This document shows, one piece after another, positions 1 through 11,700 of a DNA stretch of 64,000 nt; position 1 is the first letter of the stretch, and each line of letters begins with the position of its first letter. Below the pieces are notes generated by a model. It made no database searches and had not been told where the DNA came from. It saw only the letters and a program-made list of their open reading frames with translations. The stretch is taken from NCBI GenBank assembly GCA_964016885.1, contig OZ024742.1:198090001-198154000 (forward strand), written 5' to 3'. A program made the position numbers and the translations under genes. This DNA is from Eledone cirrhosa. Taxonomy: Eukaryota.

Positions 1-648
1 CGACTGTATCCGCCAGAATTCCCCCATCTTTTTCTCTTCAAACCAGCTGTAACTGGCTGCTCATACTGACGTTAAGGTATTGTTCACAAAATAGATAACA
101 TCAAAATCTCATAGATTCAATATTATAGATTCAATATTATAGATTCAATATTATGTGAGATAACTATGTAAGGTAAAGCCTTTACTGCAAAAATACAATA
201 GTAAATATAGAGTAATGTAAATGCTTAACACCATCTTAATAATGAAATGGTAACTTGTTTTTTTTACAAAATCTTTCAAAACTCTTGCTTATTTTAAAAT
301 TTATTATAACACATGGATAGTGTATTTCATTTGGAATATGGTAACAACAGCAAACACAATTGTTTTAAGGCCATTTTCCTAGGTAAAACGGGTTAATCTT
401 GTAGGTCCCATGATAAACTTCAATCTATTATGGAGTCCTTTCAAGGCAATGTTTTACTGCTGGTTGACCTTCCTGATGCCAACCCTTCACCTCCTCATCT
501 AACAGAGGGTTATGTTGTATATTTTAAGCCAGATACACACAATTTGAAATATAGTAAAAAAAAAGGGTTAATCTCATTCTTTCATTCCCCTTTCATTCTA
601 TTATCCCTTTTAAAACTTTTTTATATTCCATTTCTTTTTATACTGAAG

Positions 649-1029
649 ATAAATTCTGAGAGAGAAAGTTCCTGTCAGAGACGTAGAAGAATTGAAGGTT
701 TAGCATACCACAATGGTTCATTTGTCAGTGATGGTGGGTGCTGTGATGGTTGCAGAGATGGTGGGAGTTCAAGCAATAAGAAAATAAATGACACAACAAC
801 ATCAACAACATCAGCAACAACAACAGAAATGAAAGATGACAATGGACTGGTTGAAACATTGGAATTATTTCTGAAATATCTCAATGAACATGAGAATTAC
901 AGCGAAAATAGTGTCGCAAACAAATGGAAGATGTTTGCTTTGTTTGTGGACAGAACATTTATGGTCACCCATATTCTTACTTTTGTTGTAACAACGACTG
1001 CTTTACTGGTTCTCTGTGCATATTATTAA
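649..1029 (+). CDS. Terminal exon of a Cys-loop ligand-gated ion channel subunit (nAChR/5-HT3-like): end of M3-M4 loop, MA helix and M4
   Basis: Pyrimidine tract and AG at 647-648, then an open frame ending ...NSVANKWKMFALFVDRTFMVTHILTFVVTTTALLVLCAYY*. The W-x4-6-DR-x-F plus hydrophobic helix is the typical pre-M4/M4 signature. Upstream exons are not seen in the window. Confidence 0.8.
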   Translation: MNSERESSCQRRRRIEGLAYHNGSFVSDGGCCDGCRDGGSSSNKKINDTTTSTTSATTTEMKDDNGLVETLELFLKYLNEHENYSENSVANKWKMFALFVDRTFMVTHILTFVVTTTALLVLCAYY

Positions 1030-1062
1030 TATATTGACATATTTACATCTGCCTTAGTACAC

Positions 1063-1094
<32 letters not shown>

Positions 1095-1555
1095 GTTATA
1101 TACATACATACATGGTGGTGGCTGCCAACTCGTTTTCGAGTACGGCCACTACTTTATATCCATGTAGGAGAACCCCTACCGATGCGCTGAACGAGTGTGA
1201 CTTTTTAGTCCAGCCAGCGACTTGAAAACTCTGGTACAAACACTACATCTGTGACAATTATTGACACATAGTGCTGGGCACATGGTACCATGTGACGACA
1301 AGTGCAGAGAGATCTCCAGATATAAAGCAATGCCTGTGCTGTGAAGTTTTTATAGTGAGCAAAGGCACTGCACAAAGCCTGTCCCACTCTCTTAACCAAG
1401 ATGATATTTACCAACATCATTGGATACCATCAGGGTTGCAGGTGTTATATCAGAGTTTTCCTTCTCCTAGAATTCTCCCTTGACAAAGGCTAAGGGGTCA
1501 TCTCTCCCGGATACATACATACATACATACATACATACATACATACATACATACA

Positions 1556-1575
<20 letters not shown>

Positions 1576-1587
<12 letters not shown>

Positions 1588-3200
1588 CATAATATGAAAG
1601 ACTACTGGTGGAATGTTCCAGTAAAAACCCCAATAAAATACAGGCATAAAAGACCAGATATAATGATATGGGACAGGGAAAAGAAGGCATGCACAGTAGT
1701 GGAAGTTAGCTGCCCAGCAGATGCCAATATAATATCAAAGATTAGCGAAAAGGAGAATATTTATGCAGAACTAATGAGAAATCTGCAGATACTCCACCCT
1801 GACTATACCTTCAGATGTATGCCTGTGATTATTGGAGCACTTGGATATATTAGTAACTGCCTCAGTACAAATCTTGAGAAGCTGGGCTTCCCAGAAACAG
1901 AAAGAACATGACTAGTTGAAACGTAAGCAGGGATGCAGAGGCCTAACATCAGTCCAGACAGCATTTGAGTGTCGCATCATATCCTTCCAACAACATTTAC
2001 AAACTTTGAAGTGTAGGAGCCCAGCTATTGAACAAGTCTATGTGTATGAGGCAGATAAGATCATGAGGGTTGGAAAGGAACTCCTTGAAAGATACTCTCT
2101 GCATGATAATCAAAACCTCACACCCAGGGAGATTGCCCAGCAGTACCGCAGTGAATCCATGGATGAAAGACTGCATGCCTATCAGCAAAAGATCATGCAT
2201 GGATATATTGCCAGGAAGCTCCAGAGTGAGAGTAATATAGATAAGCAGAGTAGTCTATCTTGGACCAACAACCGCTATATTGGCTCTCACTTTGAAGGAT
2301 ACGCTTTTGCAATCCAAGAACAGGAAATCAACACAAAATACCTGATTCACAAAAGAGATAGGAATGCAGACAAAACACCTAGATGTGACAACAAGTGCAG
2401 ACTCTGCAGAATTAATATCAAAGATGTCACCCATGTCATAAGCAGCTGTCCAAAGATGTCATCACGGTACTATTTACCTATGAGGCATGATGTAGTGGCC
2501 AAAACACTATACAATGCAATCCGTAGAAAAGATAGCCCCGACAATAAACACATTAAAAGCTGCAGCAATGTGGAAGACATACATATACATAATATGAAAG
2601 AGTACTGGTGGAATGTTCCAGTGAAAACCCCAATAAAATGCAAACAGACCAGATATAATGATAAGGGACAAGGAAACGAAGGTATGCACAGTAGTGGAAG
2701 TTAGCTGCCTAGCAGATGCCAATATAATATTAAAGATTAGTGAAAAGGAGAATATCTATGCAGAACTAATGAGAAATCAACAGATACTCCACCCTGACTA
2801 TACCTTCAGATTTATGCCTGTGATTATTGGAGCACTGGGATATGTTAGTAACTGCCTCAGTACAAATCTTGAGAAGCTGGGCTTTACAGAAACAGAAAGA
2901 ACATGACTAGTTAGAAAATTACAAGTACAAATTACAGTAAAAATATGTAAAACATTCCAAAAATTCTGCATCTAATAACTGCATATACATTTGTACAGAT
3001 ACAAATCATATGCACATGCACACATATAACTCAAAACATACACATCCACACATACAATAACATCCATACCAGCACATGCTTGCATGCATGCAGACATGCA
3101 GACATATCTACCTAGTTGATGTTGTGTAAATTCCAATGAGAGAGTCTTGTATCTATGTTAGAAACTGACTCTCTCTCTATTGGCAAAAATTTATAAAATT
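1576..3200 (+). mobile_element. R4/Dong-type (restriction-like endonuclease) non-LTR retrotransposon, two 5'-truncated segments in tandem, inactivated
   Basis: GCRGL end of RT, CRLC...HVISSC zinc knuckle, RHD motif, RPDI...VEVSC PD-(D/E)xK nuclease. 1576-1917 repeats 2576-2913. Stops and frameshift present; 3' boundary approximate. Confidence 0.85.
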
Positions 3201-3261
3201 ATAAAACCAGAAGAATGTCTGCATGCATACATATATTTATTTTCATGTACACATTATATAT

Positions 3262-3475
3262 ACAGTGTGTTCACTTTTTATGCAAACTTGAAGTACACAA
3301 ATTCGCTTTAACGCCTCTTGAAAAAATATTAAATACTTTATATGAATAACACGCTATAATGCATGTGGTTTTTAATCTTTTTATTTATCAGAAATATTAG
3401 ACTTGAATTGCATTAATTTGCTTTACATGGTGCATTCACAAATGCATCTTCGCGTAAAAAGCAAACACGCCCTAT
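3262..3475. mobile_element. Decayed Tc1/mariner-like MITE
   Basis: Imperfect TIRs GTGTGTTCACTTTTTATGCAAA / TTCGCGTAAAAAGCAAACACGC with TA flanks. Confidence 0.5.
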
Positions 3476-3551
3476 ACACATATGTATGTATGTATATATG
3501 TATGTATGTATTATGTATGTATGTATGTATGTATGTATGTATGTATGTATG

Positions 3552-3606
<55 letters not shown>

Positions 3607-3733
3607 ATGGTTGCCTGAAAAATGCGTCCGTGGGTGGTATGCCGGTTGAGCACTCGGTGCTCGCGCAGAGCAGAGTATAATACTATAAGGACAAGGGACA
3701 AGGATTCTGTGTTGCATCATAACATATTTAATA

Positions 3734-3804
3734 ACATATTACATATGTTCCACTATCGATCAGCTCGAGGCAAGACTCTGTAATCAAAAGGTTGTCAGAT
3801 ATGC
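3734..3804 (-). ncRNA. Decayed hammerhead in the left arm of palindromic element ~3676-4212
   Basis: GCATAT-CTGACAA-stem II-GGAA-CATATG-TA|ATATGT; two core substitutions. Confidence 0.55.
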
Positions 3805-3844
3805 TTAGTATATGAATTTGTCTCTGATTGATAGTGGAACATAT

Positions 3845-4145
3845 CATCATCATCATCATCATCAACGTTTAACGTCCGTGTTCCACGCTTGCATGGGTTT
3901 GGACGGGGGTAGTCCCACTTGAGGCAAGAGTGATTGTCTTGCTCGCATAGGACTGTCTGGCAGGTTTTCTACAGTTGGATGCCCTTCCTAACACCAACCA
4001 CATTTACAGTGTGGGTCTGGGAGGTTTTTACCGTGTTGCCTACACGGCCACATTACAGCGTGGACTGTGTGTTTTTTTGTCGTGACACCTACACGATCTC
4101 ATTTGTTTCGGCCTGGATGGTGTGGCACCAACATAACTTTACATG
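3845..4145 (-). mobile_element. RTE-A 3' UTR fragment inserted in a palindromic element
   Basis: Reverse complement of the subfamily A 3' UTR with (GAT)n tail. Confidence 0.9.
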
Positions 4146-4207
4146 TAATATGTTATTAAGTATGTTATGATGCAACGCTGAATCCATCCTTGTTCCTTAT
4201 CCTTATA

Positions 4208-4239
<32 letters not shown>

Positions 4240-4245
<6 letters not shown>

Positions 4246-4599
4246 CACCCCGTCCCACCACCACCACCCCCACCCCATCCACACCACCCCGTTCTATGTA
4301 AAGTTATGTTGGTGCCGCGCCATCCAGGCCGAAACAAATGAGATCGTGTAGGTGTCACGACAAAAAAACACACAGTCCACGCTGTAATGTGGCCGTGTAG
4401 GCAACACGGTAAAAACCTCCCAGACCCACACTGTAAATGTGGTTGGTGTTAGGAAGGGCATCGAACTGTAGAAAACCTGCCAGACAGTCCTATGCGAGCA
4501 AGACAATCACTCTTGCCTCAAGTGGGACTACCCCCGTCCAAACCCATGCAAGCGTGGAACACGGACGTTAAACGTTGATGATGATGATGATGATGATGA
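4240..4599 (+). mobile_element. RTE-A 3' UTR fragment
   Basis: Matches 6968-7308; (GAT)n tail; flanked by (TA)n on both sides. Confidence 0.9.
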
Positions 4600-4620
4600 T
4601 ATATATATATATATATATAT

Positions 4621-7308
4621 AGACTGATAATTAGCGACCTCATAGTCAGGACGAGATGTACTCGACAGCAGAAGAGGACTATCCTCAGGAGAAAAATATG
4701 GAAGCTAAACGACCCCACAGCCAGAAATAAGTTTCAAAGCATATTACTTGATGCTTTCGACAGTAAGGAAGAGCATTTAGAGTCGTACAATATAGAGGAA
4801 CAGTGGGAATTCCTGAAAGCAAACCTGCTGATGGCGGCAGACGAAGTCTGTGGCCGGAGCAGGCCTATAGGCAGGAGGAGAGTAACATGGTGGTGGAACA
4901 GTAAGGTGGAGGAGTCGATTAAGGCCAAAAAGCAGGCTTGGAAAGTATGGCGGGATGGGGGAAGTAGAGAAGACTATCAAGTGGCCAGGAGGGAAGCTAG
5001 GAGACAAGTGTACTTCGCAAGAAGGGAAGCAGAGGAAAGAAAGTTCAAGCATGTTCTACAACACGAGGACCAAAAATGTGAGGCGTTCAGGATTGTTAGG
5101 CAATGTGTCAAGGAAAACCGTGATATTGTTGGGGAGAAGTGTGTACTAAATGATGATGGCGTACTCGCCATCACTGACACTGATAAGAAGGTCGCTTGGA
5201 AGTGTCACTACGAGAGGCTACTAAATGAGGAGAATAAATGGGAGAAGGATAGTCTCCCCCAGATCGATCCAATAGAGGGACCATCAGTGTTAGTTGAAGG
5301 TAGTATAATAAGTAAGGCAATCAAAGATATGAAGACGGGTAAGGCGGCTGGGCCTTCGGAAATAGTTGCTGAGATGATGAAGGCCTCTGGAACGGTGGGA
5401 CACACCATGGTCACCCGGATAGTAAACCAAGTCATACAGAATGGGGTTGTTCCGAAGGACTGGCGTAGCAGCATCATCATTAACTGTTACAAGGGTAAAG
5501 GAGACGCCCTAGATAAGAGTAACTATAGAGGCATTAAATTAATCGACCAGGTCATGAAGGTCACGGAAAAAGTAATAGTGCAACTAATCAGAGAGAGAAT
5601 CGATCTAGATGAAATGCAGTTCGTGTTTGTGTCAGGCAAAAGTACCACAGGCGCTCTTTTCATTGTACGACAACTACAGGAGAAGTACCTAGCTAAAAGT
5701 AAACCCCTATACTTAGCCTTTGTCGACTTGGAGAAAGCCTTCGACAGAGTCCCCCGCTCCATTATCTGGTGGGCTCTTAGAAAACTAGGTGTAGATGAAT
5801 GGCTTGTGAGAGCTATACAAGCTATGTATAATGAAACAGTCAGCAAGGTTAGAATTAACAATGAATATTGTGAAGAGTTTAGCGTAAAAGTTGGCGTCCA
5901 TCAGGGCTATGTTCTTAGCCCCCTACTATTTATTATTGCCCTTCAGGCTATAACAGAGGAGTTCAAGACCGGCTGCCCATGGGAACTCCTATACGCAGAT
6001 GATCTAACGCTCATAGCTGAATCAATGGCCGAGCTAGAGAAGAAATTCCAAACATGGAAGCACGGCCTAGAATCAAAAGGCCTTAAAATTAACCTGGCTA
6101 AGACTAAAGTTCTAGTTTGTAGGAAAGAAAATAAGGCGCCGGTCCCTTCCGGGAAATAGGCATGCTAGAAACTCCATTTTATGTCCCAAATGCAAAGTAT
6201 GGGTGCATAAAAGATGTAGTGGGATCACAGGTAAGCTAACTAAGAACACAGATTTTGCATGTGGCCGGTGCTCTGGTGCAATAAGTAGCAGCAAGTGCCC
6301 AGGGAATACGAGCTCTTTCAATTGCGCAGAGGGTTCTATAGAAATAGTGGACAGCTTCCGTTACCTGGGTGACAAAATCAGCAGTGGGGGAGGGTGCTCT
6401 GAAAGTACAGTAGCTAGAGTCAGAACTGGATGGAAAAAGTTCAGAGAGCTTATACCACTATTAGCCGGTAAAGGGTTTTCCCTAAAAATGAAAGGCAGGT
6501 TGTATGATGCCTGCATACGAACAGCAATGTTGCATGGCAGTGAGACCTGGGCATTGTGTGCAGAGGATATACGCAGACTAGAGAGCAACGAAGCTTGCAT
6601 GCTCCGCTGGATGTGTAATAGTAATATACGTGAACGGCAAAGCATAAACGAACTAAGGAAAAAATTAAAAATAAGAGGGATCAGATGTTGTTTACTCGAG
6701 AGAAAGCTACGTTGGTATGGTCACGTGATGCGCATGAAAGACGACAGCTGTATAGCAAAGTGCAGGGCAATAAAGATAGATGGTAGCCACGGAGTAGGCA
6801 GACCCAGAAAAACCTGGGACGAGCTGATAAATTCCGACCTCACACACTTACACCTCTCCAAGACAATGTCACTGGACCGAGACCTTTGGCGGTACTCAGT
6901 AATAGAGAAGACCCGCCTTACCTAAATACAAAGTAAAACCTACTACAGTCAGTAGGCATCTCTAACAAAATACACCCCCGCCCCATCCACACCGCCCCTT
7001 TCAATGTAAAGTTATGTTGGTGCCACAACATCCAGGCCGAAACAAATGAGATCGTGTAGGTGTCACGACAAAAAAACACACAGTCCACGCTGTAATGTGG
7101 CTGTGTAGGCAACACGGTAAAAACCTCCCAGACCCACACTATAAATGTGGTTGGTGTTAGGAAGGGCATCCAACTGTAGAAAACCCGCCAGACAGTCCTA
7201 TGTGAGCAAGACAACCACTCTTGCCTCAAGTGGGAAAACTCCTGTCCAAACCCATGCAAGCGTGGAACATGGACGTTAAACGATGATGATGATGATGATG
7301 ATGATGAT
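4621..7308 (+). mobile_element. RTE-clade LINE, subfamily A, 5'-truncated
   Basis: ORFs 4831-6159 and 6203-6925 with RT motifs (DLEKAFDRV, GVHQG, LLYADDL), PHD-like Cys cluster, ~370-bp 3' UTR and (GAT)n tail. Confidence 0.95.
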
Positions 7309-7777
7309 ATATATATAGATCCTGAGGTATATCGGGCGTAGTCATAGTGAATAAAGTACTCAATACATAAATTGAAAACATCAAATTTATTATAGAAATG
7401 GCTTCTACATATTAAATTATATAATATATATATATATATATACATACATAATATTGAATAAAACAAACCACATTAAACATTATTCCAAAAGTAATATATA
7501 GGTGATTCTAGTTTATATAGTTCCATTAAATATTCAAAATGCTGTCTGTTTCCAAACATGTCATTATTGTGTTTCTTTGTAATCAGTAAGCTAATTTTGA
7601 CTGACTCTGTATATTATTCTTTTACTCGTTTCACGTATTAGGGACATGCACACAAATAATCATCATCACCATCATCAGATTCATCATTTAACCTTTGTTT
7701 AACCTAACACATCCTAACACCCACATCCCACATCCTAACACCCCCTAGATCTACCTCCTCCACCCAAGTCCCCAATC

Positions 7778-8300
7778 TGCACTATAAAGTGGTCATCTTG
7801 GTGCATGATAATGAGTGCCAAGTCGACATTGTAAAGTGGTTGTGTAGGTGTCATGACAAAAAGCACCCAGCCCACACTGTAAAGTGGTCATGTAGGTGTC
7901 ATGACAAAAAGCACCCAGCCCACACTGTAAAGTGGTCATGTAGGTGTCATGACAAAAATAACCCAGCTCACGCTGTAAAGTGGTCATGTAGGTGTCATGA
8001 CAAAAAGAACCCAGCTCACGCTGTAAAGTGGTCATGTAGGTGTCATGACAAAAAGAACCCAGCTCACGCTGGGAACTGGTCATGTAGGTGTCATGACAAA
8101 AAGCACCCAGCACACAGTCTAAATGTGATTTGCGTTAAGAAGGGCATCCAGCTGTAGAAACCAAGTAGAAATCAGTTCTGTATGAGCAAGACATGGTCAC
8201 CTGATCTGGCCTATCTCACAATGGGACAACTCGTCTAACCTATGCTAGTGTGGAAAAATGAACGTTAATGGTGATGAGGATATGATGATGATGATGATTA
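7778..8300 (+). repeat. 48-bp minisatellite (~7 units) ending in an RTE/SINE tail
   Basis: GTAGGTGTCATGACAAAAAGCACCCAGCCCACACTGTAAAGTGGTCAT units, then AAGGGCATCCAGCTGTAGAAA...(GAT)n. Confidence 0.92.
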
Positions 8301-9683
8301 TATATATATATATATATACACACACATATATATGTGTGTGTGTGTGTATGTGTATGTATACAGACAGAGACACATGCATGCACACATATTCATATCTTTT
8401 TTATATCAGTTGTTCAATAAGAATGGGTTACTATCTCCTCCCGCAACCTGTCACTGCTTTAGAGAAAAGAATGCTGTAGGACAAGTGTATCACTTGACAG
8501 AATTTTGGTTGGTGGTATATGTTAAATTATTCTTATTAATCCTTGCTAAAGATGGGGTAAAATTATCTATCACAACTGTAGATCACTTGGATATTATTCC
8601 TATTAAAAATTATGAATTATCTCAGAAAACTATTTGGAAAAGAGTGAAATTCGTCATTTATTTAATAATTATTCCATAAAATGGTAGTGTTGATGTCATC
8701 ATAAAATGCACCCAGTACACCCTGCCATGATAAATTGCACCCAGTATATTGTTAAGTGGTAGTTTTGATAGTACAATATAATGTACCCAGTATTAATGTA
8801 ATAGGCATTAGGAAGGACATCTAGTCCCAGAAATTATGCCTTAAATAGAACCTATGAGCAAAACATGGTCCCCTCAACCTGTGTAGATTTAGATCATGTC
8901 CAACCCATGCATGATGAAAAATGTACAAAAAGAATGATGATAAAGATGAACAACACCAACAACAACAGTGTCTTTATTATTGCTAGGACAAAAAGGATGA
9001 TAATGATAATGAATATCAACAACAACAATAATGATGATAATAATTGTGTCTTTATTATTGCCACTAGGGTCTATTCATACATACAATAAAAAACAGTATA
9101 CAAAGGTGTGTAACAAAAAATATATATATTAGGGTTACACAAAATAAAGTTATATAAAAATGAGTGTAGGAGTGAGATACATTACACAGTATATCTATCC
9201 ATGGGCCGTTAACATCTGCTGGAGCCATACTAGTGCCATTTAAGCCTGGTGAAGCCCATCCTTCTTCAGGATGGAACACAGTCAATTTCTTCTAGAGAAA
9301 CAGAGATAGAAGAAGAATTGACTCCAATACTTAACTGGTACTTTATTTATCAACCTCAAAAGGATGAAAAACAAATTTGACTGCAGCAGGATTTGAACTC
9401 AGAGTTCAGAGAGCCAGAATGAATATTGTAAAACATTTTATCAGTCGTTCTAATGACTTTACCACTTCGATGCTTTATACACAGTACATAAAAACATATT
9501 AAAAAAAAAAAAGGTTTAATATTACACAAAATATATACATGTATTCAGAGTGCCACATTAGTTACTCTTTTGATTTCATTAATTACACAAATACAGCAAA
9601 CCTGGTCTTTCTTTAAGGTACCAATTCTTTCTCTTGTCTTACAACCTGGATCTGTTTCAGTTATACCTCTGTCTTGAAAGCTT

Positions 9684-9733
9684 TCAAATTTTTCTTTCAT
9701 TTAATTTTCCTCTTAAAAATAGATAATTTAGAC
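9684..9733 (-). CDS. GH9 probable terminal coding exon I
   Basis: Strong acceptor tttcattttgtcag|GT, phase 1 matching exon H; gives (AVS)GLNYLFLRGKLNERKI*, a plausible GH9 last helix. Short and 25 kb from exon H, so less certain. Confidence 0.75.
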
Positions 9734-10569
9734 CTGACAAAATGAAATGAAAGAGATACTATATGAATATACCATCATCATCATCGTTTAAGGTCTATTT
9801 TCCATGCTTGCATCAGTTAGATGTGTTGTCATGTTATGAGATGAGCCAGGTAAGGTCAGGTGACTATGTCTCGCCCTTCCTAATGCCAACCACATTACAG
9901 TGTGGATTGGGTATTTTTTATCATGCACCAGAATGATCACCTAACAAGGTGGACTGGGTGCTTTTTTGTTACATTGTGTAATAATCATCATTTTTACATT
10001 GACTTCTTCATGCTGGCATGGGTTGGGCAGGACCTTTTGTGTTAATGTTTTATAGCTCGATGCCTTCTTGACAAAAACACCCAGCAAGTGGTTGTATCAC
10101 AACAAAAAGCACCCACCACAAACTGTTAGGAAGGGCATCAAGCCATAGAAACCAAGCCCAAATCAGTTCTACATGAGCAAGACATGGTCATCGGACCATG
10201 GCTTGCTCATGTAGAACTGATCTCACCCATACTAGTGTGAAAAAATGGATATTAAATGATGATGATGATGATTTATATATATATATATATATATATATAT
10301 CATTTAACATCCATTTTTTTACGCTAGCACATATATATATATTAGTAAAAGTAACTGTTTACTTTGAAGTTTTGCTGACACTATCTTTTTTAGTGGCATC
10401 CAGCTGTAGAGATCATGCTAAAAAATAGGGATGAGATGACTCTTCAGTTGTGTCAAAGAGTTGACAACTTCCCTAGTGTTAGTGTCATAATAGAATACAC
10501 CTGGTGCATCTGTAGAATGCAGGAACCCATCAAAATCTTCCAGATTATTAAACAGTGAAAATAACCATT

Positions 10570-10955
10570 GAACAAAGGAAATTTTACTATTTAACAAAAA
10601 ACGACTGTATGACATCTGTGTGCAAAGTGCAATACTGCATGGTAGTGAAACATGGGCTGTGACTGCAGAAGATGTGCATAAACTAGAGAGAAATGAAGCA
10701 ACCATGCTCCGTTGAATGTGCCATATAAATATGAGAGAGAGGCAGAGCTTGGATGAGATGAAGAAGCTGGGTTTAAGAAGAATCTGAGATGGTGTGCAGG
10801 AGAGAAAACTGCATTGGTTTGGACATATGATATTCATGAACAATGATCGATGGGTGAAGAAGTGCCAGGAAATGTCAGTGGAGAGATGCCATACTGAGAA
10901 GACCTATCCAACTCATGCCAGTGTGGAAAAGCAGATGTAAAAACGTTAATGGTGA
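10570..10955 (+). mobile_element. Old degenerate RTE 3' fragment
   Basis: Residual RLYD..VQSAILHGSETWAVTAEDVHKLERNEA similarity and an RTE tail motif. Confidence 0.8.
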
Positions 10956-11084
10956 ATATTTACCCAATAGTATGTGTATAATATGTTTTTAACAAAGTAC
11001 TTGAAATTTTGAACTTAGTTCACAAACCTTAGTCTAATCTGTCACTACTGGGCTATCTTTATCACCCTCATTTTCTATTTGTAT

Positions 11085-11470
11085 TGCTCCTGTCAACTTC
11101 ACTTCCAGTTTGGACTGCTTCTACTACCTTTACTTCCTGTTTGTGTTATTCCTATTACCTTCACTTCCTGTTTGGATTGCTCATGCTACATTCACTTCCT
11201 GTTTGGACTGTTCTTACTATCTTTATTTCCTGTTTGTGCTGTTCCTATTACCTTCACTTCCTGTTTGAGCTGTTCCTGCTACCTTCACTTCCGGTTTGAG
11301 CTGTTCCTGCTACCCTCACTTCCTGTCCGAGCTGTTCCTGCTACCTTCACTTCCTGTCCGAGCTGTTCCTGCTACCTTCACTTCCTGTTTGAGCTGTCCC
11401 TACTATCTTCATTTCCTGTTTATGTTGTTCCTATTACCTTCACTTCCTGTTTGAGCTGTTTTTGTTGTTC
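11085..11470. repeat. 31-bp minisatellite (~12 units)
   Basis: TGTTCCTGCTACCTTCACTTCCTGTTTGAGC units. Confidence 0.92.
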
Positions 11471-11700
11471 ACTTGTTTCAGTCTCAGTCCTTTTTAGTGG
11501 AAATAATTTAAAATGTAATTGTTTATTATTTTGTTTTAGTTAACCTCTGTCATAACAGCTTATTGGTCAATCTCTTCATGACCTTATTTTTAATTAATTT
11601 ATGATGAATTTTGAAGAATTTACTAAAATTATTAACTATTTCATTACTAAGTTAGTTTTATGATATAAAATTATATTTGAAGATTTTAATAATGTTATTT

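Noticed and set aside
430-648. N-terminal part of the 199-aa ORF
   Set aside because: AT-rich intron-like sequence ending in a pyrimidine tract and AG; only 649-1029 looks coding.
1110-1510. Possible RTE 5' UTR or HDV-like ribozyme on the - strand (CTAGGAGAAGGAAAACTCTG)
   Set aside because: Looks repeat-derived, but I could not build the nested double pseudoknot by eye.
5208-5861. Antisense ORFs over RTE copies, also 38646-39497 and 58898-59785
   Set aside because: Shadow frames of the LINE ORF.
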